The notes under the pieces were generated by a model, which saw only the letters and a list, made by a program, of their open reading frames with translations, did no database searches and had not been told where the DNA came from. A stretch of DNA of 32,000 bases, taken from the NCBI RefSeq assembly GCF_042660085.1, contig NZ_JBHSTI010000001.1, forward strand, positions 1 to 32,000. The letters run 5' to 3'. Both the position numbers and the translations under genes were made by a program. This DNA comes from Longivirga aurantiaca (GTDB taxonomy: Bacteria > Actinomycetota > Actinomycetes > S36-B12 > CAIYMF01). Below are positions 7,774 to 16,036 of the stretch, piece after piece; within the stretch, counting starts at the first letter, position 1; each line of letters opens with the position of its first letter.

Positions 7774-9656
7774 CAGTGGGCACCCTTCGGGAGCTCGGCC
7801 TCGGTGAGGTACTTCTTCAGCTCGCTGACCTCGAAGAGCTCGATGAGGTCCTCGCGCATCGGCGGGATCGGCTGGCGCTCGATGGCGACGCCGTCGCCCT
7901 CCGCGCGGCAGACGATGTTGACCTGGCGCCACTCAGGGTTCATGCCCGGGAAGTCGTCGCGGGTGTGGCCGCCACGGCTCTCGGTCCGCTCGAGCGCGGC
8001 CTTGGCGACCGACTCGCCGACCAGCAGCATGTTGCGCAGGTCGATCGCGAGGTGCCAGCCCGGGTTGAACGCCCGGCCGCCCTCGACCTTGGCGTTCTGC
8101 ACGCGCACCTTGAAGTCGTCGAGCCGCTCGAGCGCCTCGACGAGCTCGGCCTCGGTGCGGATGATGCCGACGAGGTCGTTCATCGTCTGCTGCAGCTCGG
8201 CGTGGATGACGAACGGGTTCTCGCCGCTCTCGATGTTGAACGGGAGCAGCGCCTCGGCCTCGGCCTCGGCCAGCATCTCGTCGGTGACCGCGGGCCGCGA
8301 GCCGCCGAGCCGGTCGATGTACTCGGCAGCACCGAGCCCGGCGCGACGGCCGAAGACCAGCAGGTCCGAGAGCGAGTTGCCGCCGAGACGGTTCGAGCCG
8401 TGCATCCCGCCGGAGACCTCGCCTGCGGCGAACAGGCCGGGGAGCTTGGTCATCTCGGAGTCGGGGTCGACCTCCACGCCACCCATGACGTAGTGGCAGG
8501 TCGGACCGACCTCCATCGGCTCCTTGGTGATGTCGACGTCGGCCAGCTCCTTGAACTGGTGCCACATCGACGGGAGCTTCTTGCGGATGACGTCGGCGGG
8601 CAGCCGGCTCGACACGTCGAGGTAGACGCCGCCGCGGGGGGATCCACGGCCCGCCTTGACCTCGGAGTTGATCGCGCGGGCGACCTCGTCGCGGGGCAGC
8701 AGCTCCGGAGGCCGGCGGTTGTTGTCGGGGTCGGTGTACCAGCGGTCACCCTCCTCGGGCGTCGTCGCGTACATCGCCTTGAAGACGTCGGGGATGTAGT
8801 CGAACATGAAGCGCTTGCCCTCGGAGTTCGTGAGGACGCCGCCATCCCCTCGCACCGACTCGGTGACGAGGATGCCCTTCACCGAGGGCGGCCAGACCAT
8901 GCCCGTCGGGTGGAACTGGATGAACTCCATGTTGAGCGTGGTCGCGCCGGCCTTCATCGCGAGGGCGTGACCGTCGCCGGTGTACTCCCACGAGCCGCTC
9001 GTGACCTTGAACGTCTTGCCGATGCCACCGGTCGCGAGCACGACGGCAGGTGCCTCGAAAAGGACGAAGTCGCCGGTCTCGCGGTAGTAGCCGTAGGCGC
9101 CGGCGGCGCGGCCGTCGGCGGTGAGCAGGCGGGTGATGGTGACCTCGGCGAAGATCTTGATGCCCGCCTCGTAGTCACCCGTCGCGCGGAAGTCGTCCTG
9201 CTGCAGCGAGACGATCTTCTGCTGCAGCGTGCGGATCAGCTCGAGGCCCGAGCGGTCGCCGACGTGGGCGAGGCGCGGGTACTCGTGGCCGCCGAAGTTG
9301 CGCTGGCTGATCTTGCCGTCGGGCGTGCGGTCGAAGAGCGCACCGTAGGTCTCCAGCTCCCAGACTCGCTGCGGCGCCTCCTTGGCGTGCAGCTCGGCCA
9401 TCCGCCACGAGTTGAGGAACTTGCCGCCGCGCATGGTGTCGCGGAAGTGGACCTGCCAGTTGTCGTTCGAGTTCACGTTGCCCATGGCCGCGGCGATGCC
9501 GCCCTCGGCCATGACGGTGTGGGCCTTGCCGAACAGCGACTTGCAGACGATGGCGACGCGCTTGCCCAGGAGTCGCGCCTCGATCGCGGCGCGCAGACCG
9601 GCGCCACCGGCACCGATGACGACGACGTCGAAGGAATGGCGCTCGAGCTCGGTCAT
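7773..9656 (-). CDS. sdhA: Succinate dehydrogenase / fumarate reductase flavoprotein subunit
   Basis: 627 aa. It carries VVVIGAGGAGLRAA and SLFGKAHTVMAEGGIAAA (FAD attachment His region), plus RLGGNSLSDLLVFGR. An AAAGGAA SD precedes the ATG. Confidence 0.95.
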   Translation of the reverse strand: MTELERHSFDVVVIGAGGAGLRAAIEARLLGKRVAIVCKSLFGKAHTVMAEGGIAAAMGNVNSNDNWQVHFRDTMRGGKFLNSWRMAELHAKEAPQRVWELETYGALFDRTPDGKISQRNFGGHEYPRLAHVGDRSGLELIRTLQQKIVSLQQDDFRATGDYEAGIKIFAEVTITRLLTADGRAAGAYGYYRETGDFVLFEAPAVVLATGGIGKTFKVTSGSWEYTGDGHALAMKAGATTLNMEFIQFHPTGMVWPPSVKGILVTESVRGDGGVLTNSEGKRFMFDYIPDVFKAMYATTPEEGDRWYTDPDNNRRPPELLPRDEVARAINSEVKAGRGSPRGGVYLDVSSRLPADVIRKKLPSMWHQFKELADVDITKEPMEVGPTCHYVMGGVEVDPDSEMTKLPGLFAAGEVSGGMHGSNRLGGNSLSDLLVFGRRAGLGAAEYIDRLGGSRPAVTDEMLAEAEAEALLPFNIESGENPFVIHAELQQTMNDLVGIIRTEAELVEALERLDDFKVRVQNAKVEGGRAFNPGWHLAIDLRNMLLVGESVAKAALERTESRGGHTRDDFPGMNPEWRQVNIVCRAEGDGVAIERQPIPPMREDLIELFEVSELKKYLTEAELPKGAH

Positions 9657-9679
9657 GAAGGGGTTCCTTTACGCGGCCG

Positions 9680-10474
9680 TCAGAAGGAGATGTGCAGGTC
9701 GGTGCTGAGGATGCCGGACGCCAGCAGGTAGACGTAGAAGTCGGCGAGCACGACGGTGCACAGCGAGATCCACGCCCACTTCATGTGGTGGGCGTTGATG
9801 CGCGACACGAACGTCCACATCTTGTAGCGGACGGGGTGCTTGGAGAAGTGCGTGATCCGGCCGCCGACGGCGTTGCGGCAGGAGTGGCACGACAGCGTGT
9901 ACATCCACAGGGCAGCGGCGTTGACGCACAGGATGATCGTGCCGAGGCCGATGTAGCCCCAGCCGCCCTCGGGCTTCCGGAACGCCGCCACGGCGTCGAT
10001 CGTCAGCATGATGTTGAGGAGCAGCGCCAGGTAGAACGTGTAGCGGTGCATGTTGTTGAGGATCAGCGGGAGGCGGCGCTCACCGGTGTACTTGCCGTGG
10101 GGCTCGGCGACGGCGCAGGCCGGCGGCGACATCCAGAACGACCGGAAGTAGGCCTTCCGGTAGTAGTAGCAGGTGAACCGGAACGTCAGCGGGATCCACG
10201 CGATCAGCAGCGCCGGGGAGAGCGTCCACCACGAGATCGGGCCGGCGGGGATGGCGCCCGGGTCGCAGGTGGTGACCAGGCACGGCGAGTAGTACAGCGA
10301 GACGTACGGCTCGAACACGTAGTACTGACCGCTGAACACGCGCCAGGCGGAGTACACGACGAACGCCGTGAGCGCGAGGAACGTGACGAGCGGCTGGATC
10401 CACCAGCGGTCCGTCCTCAGCGTCCTGACGTCGATCTTCGCGCGTCCTGGTGCGTCGACACCGGTGCTGGCCAT
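9680..10474 (-). CDS. sdhC: Succinate dehydrogenase membrane anchor, single-subunit Sdh1 type (Rv0249c-like)
   Basis: 264 aa polytopic membrane protein and the first gene of the C-A-B operon, the same order and size class as mycobacterial Sdh1. It has a Cys/His-rich stretch SCHSCRNAVGGRITHFSKH (9836-9889). An AGGGAG SD lies upstream. Confidence 0.75.
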   Translation of the reverse strand: MASTGVDAPGRAKIDVRTLRTDRWWIQPLVTFLALTAFVVYSAWRVFSGQYYVFEPYVSLYYSPCLVTTCDPGAIPAGPISWWTLSPALLIAWIPLTFRFTCYYYRKAYFRSFWMSPPACAVAEPHGKYTGERRLPLILNNMHRYTFYLALLLNIMLTIDAVAAFRKPEGGWGYIGLGTIILCVNAAALWMYTLSCHSCRNAVGGRITHFSKHPVRYKMWTFVSRINAHHMKWAWISLCTVVLADFYVYLLASGILSTDLHISF

Positions 10475-10732
10475 GCGGCTCCCTGCCCGTTCTGCGTGAG
10501 TCGAGTTCGCGGGTCAATCCGTGGGCGAGTGTGCCAGGACCATGCCCCCCATGGGCCCCATACCCCGGCAAGCCGGAGGGGTCCGTGACACACGCCACAA
10601 GGCTCCGCGGAGCGGCGCCTCGGACGAGGCGGCGGGGCGTGGAGCCGGCGACGGGTCGAGCGGGGCGGAGCAGGCCCCGAGAACCCGCCGGTCCGGGAGC
10701 ACCCGGTCCACCGGGTCACAGGTTCCTCCTGG

Positions 10733-10795
10733 CACGGCGTCCCTGCCAGCCAGGGACGCCGTGAGGTCCGTCACCGTCGCGGGACGCCGTCCCGC
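10733..10795. promoter_or_regulatory. Three copies of the 10-mer GGGACGCCGT arranged as two palindromes; candidate operator in the divergent sdh / M20 intergenic region
   Basis: There is a perfect 13-bp inverted repeat CACGGCGTCCCTG-CCAGC-CAGGGACGCCGTG (10733-10763) and a 17-bp palindrome GCGGGACGCCGTCCCGC (10779-10795). The motif copies are at 10734-10743 (inverted), 10753-10762 and 10781-10790. Confidence 0.45.
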
Positions 10796-10838
10796 CCTGC
10801 GGCACGGGCCCCCGGTGGGTTCCCCCGCCCGCGGCCCC

Positions 10839-10844
10839 TAGCGT
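10839..10844 (+). promoter_or_regulatory. -10-like hexamer TAGCGT, leaderless-type promoter for the M20 peptidase gene
   Basis: A TANNNT hexamer lies 6 nt upstream of ATG 10851 and there is no SD. Confidence 0.4.
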
Positions 10845-10850
10845 GCTCCC

Positions 10851-12176
10851 ATGGCCCCCACCACCAGCCCGGACGCGCTCGGCGCCGACGCGGTCGACCT
10901 CGCCGTCCGTCTCATCCGCGTCGACTCGACGAACGGGAACGAGACCGCCGCGGCCGAGCTCCTGGCCGAGCACCTCGAGGGGTGCGGCGCCGAGGTCGAG
11001 CTCGTCGCCCGCGACCCGCGCAGGGCCAACCTGGTCGCCCGGCTGCGCGGCACGGGCGCCGGCCCGTCGCTGGCGTTCGTGGGCCACCTCGACGTGGTCC
11101 CGGCCGACGCGCGCGACTGGACCCACCCACCGTTCGCCGGCGTGGTCGACGACGCCGGCGTGCTCTGGGGTCGCGGCGCGGTCGACATGAAGAACGAGGT
11201 GGCCTCCCGCACCGCGGCGTTCGCCTCGCTCGCCCGCTCGGGCTGGCACGGCACGGGCGACCTGCTGCTCGTCATGGTGGCCGACGAGGAGGACGGCTCG
11301 GCCGAGGTCGGCATGAACTGGCTGGTGAAGGAGCGCCCCGACATCGCGACGACGTACGCGCTCAACGAGGGCGGCGGCCTCGCCTTCGACCTCGCGGACG
11401 GCCGCCGGATCGTCGAGGTCGCCATCGGCGAGAAGGGCACCTGCCCGGTGCTGGTCGAGGCCGTCGGCGAGGCCGGCCACGCCTCGATGCCCGGCATCGG
11501 CGACAACGCCGTCGTGATCCTCGGCGAGATCCTGCGCCGGGTCGGCAGTGGCGTCGGCGAGCCGGTGGAGCACCCCGCCGTACGCCGGATGCTCGAGGCC
11601 CTGCTCGGCGCCGACGAGGTGGCCCGGCTCGGGCTGGTCGGCTCGGTCGAGGCCGCAGCAGCCCTGCACGAGACGTGGGAGCACGCCATGCCCGCCCTCG
11701 CCGGCACCACGATGGCGCCGACGATGCTGCACGGCTCGGCCGCGCGGAACGTCATGCCGGGCCGCGCCGGGGTGGAGCTCGACTGCCGGACCCTGCCAGG
11801 CACGACCGACGAGCAGGTGCTCGCCGCAGTCCGCGCCCGCCTCGGCGACGGGGTCGCCTACGAGCTCTCCTTCGCCGAGCCCGCCGTCCACGGGAACTCC
11901 TCCGCGGCCGAGGGCAGGCTCTGGGACGTCGTCAGCGCCTACGTGAGCGAGCACCTCGGCGGCGTGCCGCTGCCCGTGCTGTGCACGGGCTTCACCGACT
12001 CCGTCTACCTCCGCCGCGAGTTCGGCACCGAGGCGTTCGGGTTCAACACCTACGTCTCGACGCCGACCGTGGTCGTCGAGGAGGGGTTCCACAACCGCGA
12101 CGAGCGGATCCACGTGGACGACATCGCGCTCTCGGCGGCCTTCCACCTCGACGCCGCACGCGCGCTGCTCGGCTGA
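10851..12176 (+). CDS. M20/M25/M40 family metallo-hydrolase (ArgE/DapE/CPG2-like peptidase)
   Basis: 441 aa. FVGHLDVVPA...W..PPF, GRGAVDMKN and ADEEDGS are the canonical M20 metal and catalytic motifs. Confidence 0.85.
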   Translation: MAPTTSPDALGADAVDLAVRLIRVDSTNGNETAAAELLAEHLEGCGAEVELVARDPRRANLVARLRGTGAGPSLAFVGHLDVVPADARDWTHPPFAGVVDDAGVLWGRGAVDMKNEVASRTAAFASLARSGWHGTGDLLLVMVADEEDGSAEVGMNWLVKERPDIATTYALNEGGGLAFDLADGRRIVEVAIGEKGTCPVLVEAVGEAGHASMPGIGDNAVVILGEILRRVGSGVGEPVEHPAVRRMLEALLGADEVARLGLVGSVEAAAALHETWEHAMPALAGTTMAPTMLHGSAARNVMPGRAGVELDCRTLPGTTDEQVLAAVRARLGDGVAYELSFAEPAVHGNSSAAEGRLWDVVSAYVSEHLGGVPLPVLCTGFTDSVYLRREFGTEAFGFNTYVSTPTVVVEEGFHNRDERIHVDDIALSAAFHLDAARALLG

Positions 12177-12183
12177 GCGGGCG

Positions 12184-13407
12184 TCAGACCAGCGGGTGCA
12201 GGAACAGCCCGCTCGCCAGCTTCGGCTCGAACCACGTCGACTTGGGCGGCATGACCTCGCCCCGGTCGGCGACGGCGAGCAGCTCGTCGGTCGAGGTCGG
12301 GAAGAGCGTGAACCCCACGGCGAACGAGCCCCCTGCCACGAGCCGGTCGATCTCGCCCGCACCCCTGATGCCCCCGACGAACGCGATCCGCGCATCGGTG
12401 CGCGGGTCCGCGATACCGAGGAGCGGTCGCAGCACGAGCTCCTGGAGGACGGAGACGTCGAGGCGCGCGAGGGCGTCGGTCTCGTCCACCGCACCGGGGC
12501 GCGCGATCGCGGTGCGCCACCCGTCCGAGAGCCGGATGCCGAACGAGTGCCGCCCCGACGGGGTGACCGGACCGTCCGCGGGCACGAGGTCGAAGTGCTC
12601 GCCCACAGCCTCGAGGAGAGCGTCCTCGGTGAGGCCGGCGAGGTCGCGCACCACCCGGTTGTAGGCCATCACGTGGACGTCGTCGAGCGGGAAGACCACG
12701 GCAAGGAACGCGTCGTGGGTGCCGGGCTGCCCCACCCGCTGGGCGTGCACCCGCGAGGCGGCGGCGCTGCGGTGGTGCCCGTCGGCGACGTACAGGTCGC
12801 CGGCACCGGCGAAGGCCGAGCGCAGCGCGTCGACCTGCGCGGCGTCCGTGACGACCCACAGCGTGTGGCCGACGCCGTCCCGCGCGACGAGGTCGACCTG
12901 CGGCTCGCGCGCGGTGACCTCGGCGACCACCGCGTCGACGGCGGCCGAGCGCCGCGACAGCAGGAACACCGGCTCGTCCTGGGCGTCGAGGGCGGCGACG
13001 TGCCGCACCCGGTCGTCCTCCTTGTCGGGCCGCGTGTGCTCGTGGGTGCGCACCCGCTGCTCGTCGTAGTCGGCCACGGCGACCGTGGCGACCACGCCCG
13101 TCTGCACGACATCGCCCATCACCTGCCGGTAGACCGAGTACGTCGGCACCTCGTCGCGGACGAGCACACCGTCGGCCACGAACGCGTCGAGCGTGCGGCG
13201 GCCGAGCGCGTACACCTCGTCGCTGTGCGGGTCGGCGTCGTCCGCGAGGTCGATCTCCGGCCGCGAGACGCGCAGGAACGACATCGGGTCCCCGGCTGCG
13301 TACGCGCGCGCCTCGGCGGTGTCGACCACGTCGTACGGCGGGGAGACCACGCGGGCCTCGAGCCCGGCAGCGGGGCGCAGCGCGCGGAACGGGCGGACGT
13401 CGACCAT
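12184..13407 (-). CDS. DUF1015 domain-containing protein
   Basis: 407 aa. The N-terminus MVDVRPFRALRP....A..VVSPPYDVV is the characteristic DUF1015 start. It is convergent with the M20 gene, with a 7-nt gap. Confidence 0.8.
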   Translation of the reverse strand: MVDVRPFRALRPAAGLEARVVSPPYDVVDTAEARAYAAGDPMSFLRVSRPEIDLADDADPHSDEVYALGRRTLDAFVADGVLVRDEVPTYSVYRQVMGDVVQTGVVATVAVADYDEQRVRTHEHTRPDKEDDRVRHVAALDAQDEPVFLLSRRSAAVDAVVAEVTAREPQVDLVARDGVGHTLWVVTDAAQVDALRSAFAGAGDLYVADGHHRSAAASRVHAQRVGQPGTHDAFLAVVFPLDDVHVMAYNRVVRDLAGLTEDALLEAVGEHFDLVPADGPVTPSGRHSFGIRLSDGWRTAIARPGAVDETDALARLDVSVLQELVLRPLLGIADPRTDARIAFVGGIRGAGEIDRLVAGGSFAVGFTLFPTSTDELLAVADRGEVMPPKSTWFEPKLASGLFLHPLV

Positions 13408-13413
13408 GTGCCG

Positions 13414-13419
13414 AACCTA
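13414..13419 (-). promoter_or_regulatory. -10-like hexamer TAGGTT (minus strand), leaderless-type promoter for the DUF1015 gene
   Basis: A TANNNT hexamer lies 6 nt upstream of ATG 13407. It overlaps the TAG stop of the upstream YhhN gene. Confidence 0.3.
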
Positions 13420-14091
13420 GCCGGTGACGACGGCCGGCTGCGCGCCCTGCCGCGACCGCGCGAGCGCCACCCAGCCGACGGTGATGAGCACCTGAGCCGC
13501 GGCGTAGGTGGCCATGACCAGCACGCCCGATGCGGGGATCGACACGTCCGCCGCGCGGAGGCCGATGAGCAGGTCGGACACGAGGAACAGCACGCCGCCG
13601 ACCCCGACGAGGCGGCTTCCTGTCGCCAGCGCGCACGCCGCCATCGCGACGAGGGCCAGCGAGTAGACCGTGATGGGCCAGCGCAGCTCGCCGAGCAGCG
13701 GCCCGAGCGCCACGTTGAGCGCCACCCAGAGCAGGGCCCAGCCGACCACGACCACGGGGCGGTCGCGGAGCCACGCGCCCGCTCCGAGCCGGAGGAACCC
13801 GCGGATGTAGCAGACCTGCATCACGAGGAAGGCGACTATCCCGGCGAGGAACGCGAGGGTGCCGGGCAGCTCGAAGAGGACGTCGCCGAGCAGGGCGAAG
13901 GCGAGCCCGGCCATGAGCAGCCGCGGCGGCCGACGGTCGGTCGCGAGCCACGCCCACACCAGCAGCAGGCCGACGATGAACGGCTTGGTCGCGGTGGCGA
14001 CCGGCTCGAGCCCGACGCCGACCGCGACGACGTTGACGGCGCAGACAGCGACGAACGCGGCGAAGACGCCACGGGGCGAAGGCATGCGCAT
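13417..14091 (-). CDS. YhhN-family (lysoplasmalogenase-like) membrane protein
   Basis: 224 aa from MRMPSP, or MPSP at 14085, which has a better GAGG spacing. It has multiple TM helices, with KPF..GLLL near the N-terminus and FLVSDLLIG near the C-terminus as in the YhhN family. The track ORF to 14439 is over-extended. Confidence 0.7.
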   Translation of the reverse strand: MRMPSPRGVFAAFVAVCAVNVVAVGVGLEPVATATKPFIVGLLLVWAWLATDRRPPRLLMAGLAFALLGDVLFELPGTLAFLAGIVAFLVMQVCYIRGFLRLGAGAWLRDRPVVVVGWALLWVALNVALGPLLGELRWPITVYSLALVAMAACALATGSRLVGVGGVLFLVSDLLIGLRAADVSIPASGVLVMATYAAAQVLITVGWVALARSRQGAQPAVVTG

Positions 14092-14132
14092 CCTCGGGTG
14101 GGGGTGGGCGGGACGCGCACACCCTACGTCGG

Positions 14133-14585
14133 TCAGACCCTGCGTCGCGCGGCCTTGGCCGCCGCGACGAACGCGTCCGGCGGCGTCCCCGCGATGACCT
14201 CGGCGACGAGGTCGAGGTCGAGGTCCGCAGCCTTCGTGAACCGCACGCAGGACTTGCCCATGTCGAGCCGCTTGGGGCCGTCCCACCGTTCGCGGAAGAC
14301 CTCTTCGGAGATGCGTCCGGCCGCGGAGTAGACGGTCATCAGGTAGAGCGAGCAGTAGTTCTTCTGCGCGGCGAGGGCGACGTACGCGAGGGCATGGCCG
14401 TTGTACGTGTCGGGGTACACCTCGAGCGGGACGGCCCACGTGATCATCCCGTAGTCCATGGTCTCGACGTAGCCGTCGGGGAGGTTCGCGTTGACGAGCT
14501 CCCGAACCGCCTCGATCTCGGCGGCGCGGTCGGGAGCGAGCTCCGCGACGTACTGGTCCGGGGTGAGCGCTCCGGACGACACCAT
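14133..14585 (-). CDS. DUF1801 domain-containing protein
   Basis: 150 aa from MVSSGALTPDQYV. It has a strong GGGAGGGAG SD upstream. The sequence pattern (YGMITWAVPLE.YP.TYNG..L.Y..LA.QKNY.SLYL) is typical of DUF1801/YdhG-like proteins. Confidence 0.7.
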   Translation of the reverse strand: MVSSGALTPDQYVAELAPDRAAEIEAVRELVNANLPDGYVETMDYGMITWAVPLEVYPDTYNGHALAYVALAAQKNYCSLYLMTVYSAAGRISEEVFRERWDGPKRLDMGKSCVRFTKAADLDLDLVAEVIAGTPPDAFVAAAKAARRRV

Positions 14586-14605
14586 GGCGGTCTCCCTCCC
14601 TGCGG

Positions 14606-16036
14606 TCAGATCCCCGACTGCGCGGTGATGCGGCCGTCGGCGATCGCCTGCACGAGCGCAGCGTGGTCCTGACGGTTCTGGTCGGCGTAGTGGTGGCCGA
14701 ACTCCACGAGCGCGTCGTCGAGCTTGCGGCTGCTGCCGACGTACGACGCGATCGCGACCCGGTCGCCCGAGCGGGCGTGGGCGCGGGCGAGCGTCCAGGC
14801 GCAGACCTCGCCGTACACCCGCATGCCGATCGGGAGCAGGGTCGAGACGTCGACGCTGCCCTTGCCGTCGCGCAGCTGGCGCACGTAGAAGTCGCGCGGC
14901 TGGCCGTCGATGCCGTGCCCGTGGTACCAGCCGAGGAAGATGTCGGTCGAGGCCTGCATCAGCTGCTGGCCGGCTACCACGCGTCGGCCGTGCGACTCGA
15001 ACGTCGAGTGCCCGAGGTACGGCTCGAGCACCGACGCCTGCGCCTCCTTCCACTGCAGGATCAGCGGGTCGGTGCCATCCCTGCCGAGGAGCAGCACGAT
15101 CCAGGCCCGGGTGCCGACGCTGCCGACGCCGACGACCTTCCGCGCGAGGTCGACGAAGCGGTACTGCTGCACGAGGTCGCGCCGGTCGTCGGGCAGCGAG
15201 CGGAGGTAGTGGCTGAGGAACCGGTCGGCGACCGACGCGACCCACTCCCAGTCGGTCTCCAGGAGCTCGTCGACGGGGACGATCAGAGGCGGCTCCGACC
15301 GGAAGCGCGGCCCGTCGTCGGTCTGCCTGGTCAGCTTGGCGAAGGCCTGCATGCTGTCGCGCGAGGCGAACTTCGCCGACTGCCGGTTGAACGCCTTGAC
15401 GCGCGCCGGGGCGATCTGGGTCCGCACCGTGTCCAGCAGGGCCTCCACCTCGAGGCGGGAGTACCAGACCGCGAGGTTGCCCTGGGTGGCGAACGTCGCC
15501 ATCGCGGTGCGGTACGTGCGGACCGAGTCGCGCACGACCTCCTCGATCTCGTCCTGCGTGTAGCCGTTGTCCTGCCCGGCGATGACGAGCGAGGCCATCA
15601 GCCGCTTGAGGTCCCACTCCCACGGGCCCGGCAGCGTCTCGTCGAAGTCGTTGAGGTCGAACACCAGCCGACGGTCGGGCGAGTTGTAGACCCCGAAGTT
15701 GAGCAGGTGCGCGTCGCCGCAGAGCTGGGCGTTGATGCCGGACGACGGCGTGCCCGCGAGATCAGCCGCCATGACCGCCGCCGCTCCGCGGTAGAACGCG
15801 AACGGCGAGGACGCCATCCGGCCGTACCGGATCGGCACGAGCTCGGGCACACGCGTCGCCGCCTGCTCCTCGAGGATGCTGAGGGGGTCGCGGCGGTCGG
15901 GTGGCAGCACCAGTGCCGCGTGCGACGAGCGCGGCAGCCGCTTGCGCGCCTCCTTGCCGCGCGCGACCTGCTGCTCGACCGTGCCCCGTCGACCCGACAG
16001 CACGTGGTGCGACTCGTGGTCCTCGACAGCGTTCAT
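14606..16036 (-). CDS. DUF2252 domain-containing protein
   Basis: 476 aa from MNAVEDH. SPFAFYRGAA..M..DL, GD.HL.NFG and FD.NDFDE are the motifs I associate with DUF2252. Its ATG overlaps the upstream ROK gene stop (ATGA at 16033-16036). Confidence 0.8.
   Translation of the reverse strand: MNAVEDHESHHVLSGRRGTVEQQVARGKEARKRLPRSSHAALVLPPDRRDPLSILEEQAATRVPELVPIRYGRMASSPFAFYRGAAAVMAADLAGTPSSGINAQLCGDAHLLNFGVYNSPDRRLVFDLNDFDETLPGPWEWDLKRLMASLVIAGQDNGYTQDEIEEVVRDSVRTYRTAMATFATQGNLAVWYSRLEVEALLDTVRTQIAPARVKAFNRQSAKFASRDSMQAFAKLTRQTDDGPRFRSEPPLIVPVDELLETDWEWVASVADRFLSHYLRSLPDDRRDLVQQYRFVDLARKVVGVGSVGTRAWIVLLLGRDGTDPLILQWKEAQASVLEPYLGHSTFESHGRRVVAGQQLMQASTDIFLGWYHGHGIDGQPRDFYVRQLRDGKGSVDVSTLLPIGMRVYGEVCAWTLARAHARSGDRVAIASYVGSSRKLDDALVEFGHHYADQNRQDHAALVQAIADGRITAQSGI

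Noticed and set aside
6979-7932. 317-aa SdhB with a 53-aa N-terminal extension
   Set aside because: The extension is an in-frame read into the 3' end of sdhA. SdhB homology starts at MTYTAKFKVWRG (ATG 7773), which overlaps the sdhA stop.
10475-10732. Small ORFs (86-106 aa, both strands) in the sdhC / M20 intergenic region
   Set aside because: All translations are Arg/Pro/Gly-rich with no start-site support and no recognisable fold pattern. The region is more likely an untranslated leader or promoter region.
12050-14331. 690-aa (minus) and 711-aa (plus) ORFs overlapping the DUF1015 and YhhN genes
   Set aside because: Both are low-complexity Arg/Pro/Gly/Asp-rich translations in alternative or antisense frames of genes with clear family signatures. 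The same reasoning applies to 788..2797(-), 7776..9731(+), 10716..12494(-), 24938..27700(+), 26491..29046(+) and 24297..26114(-).
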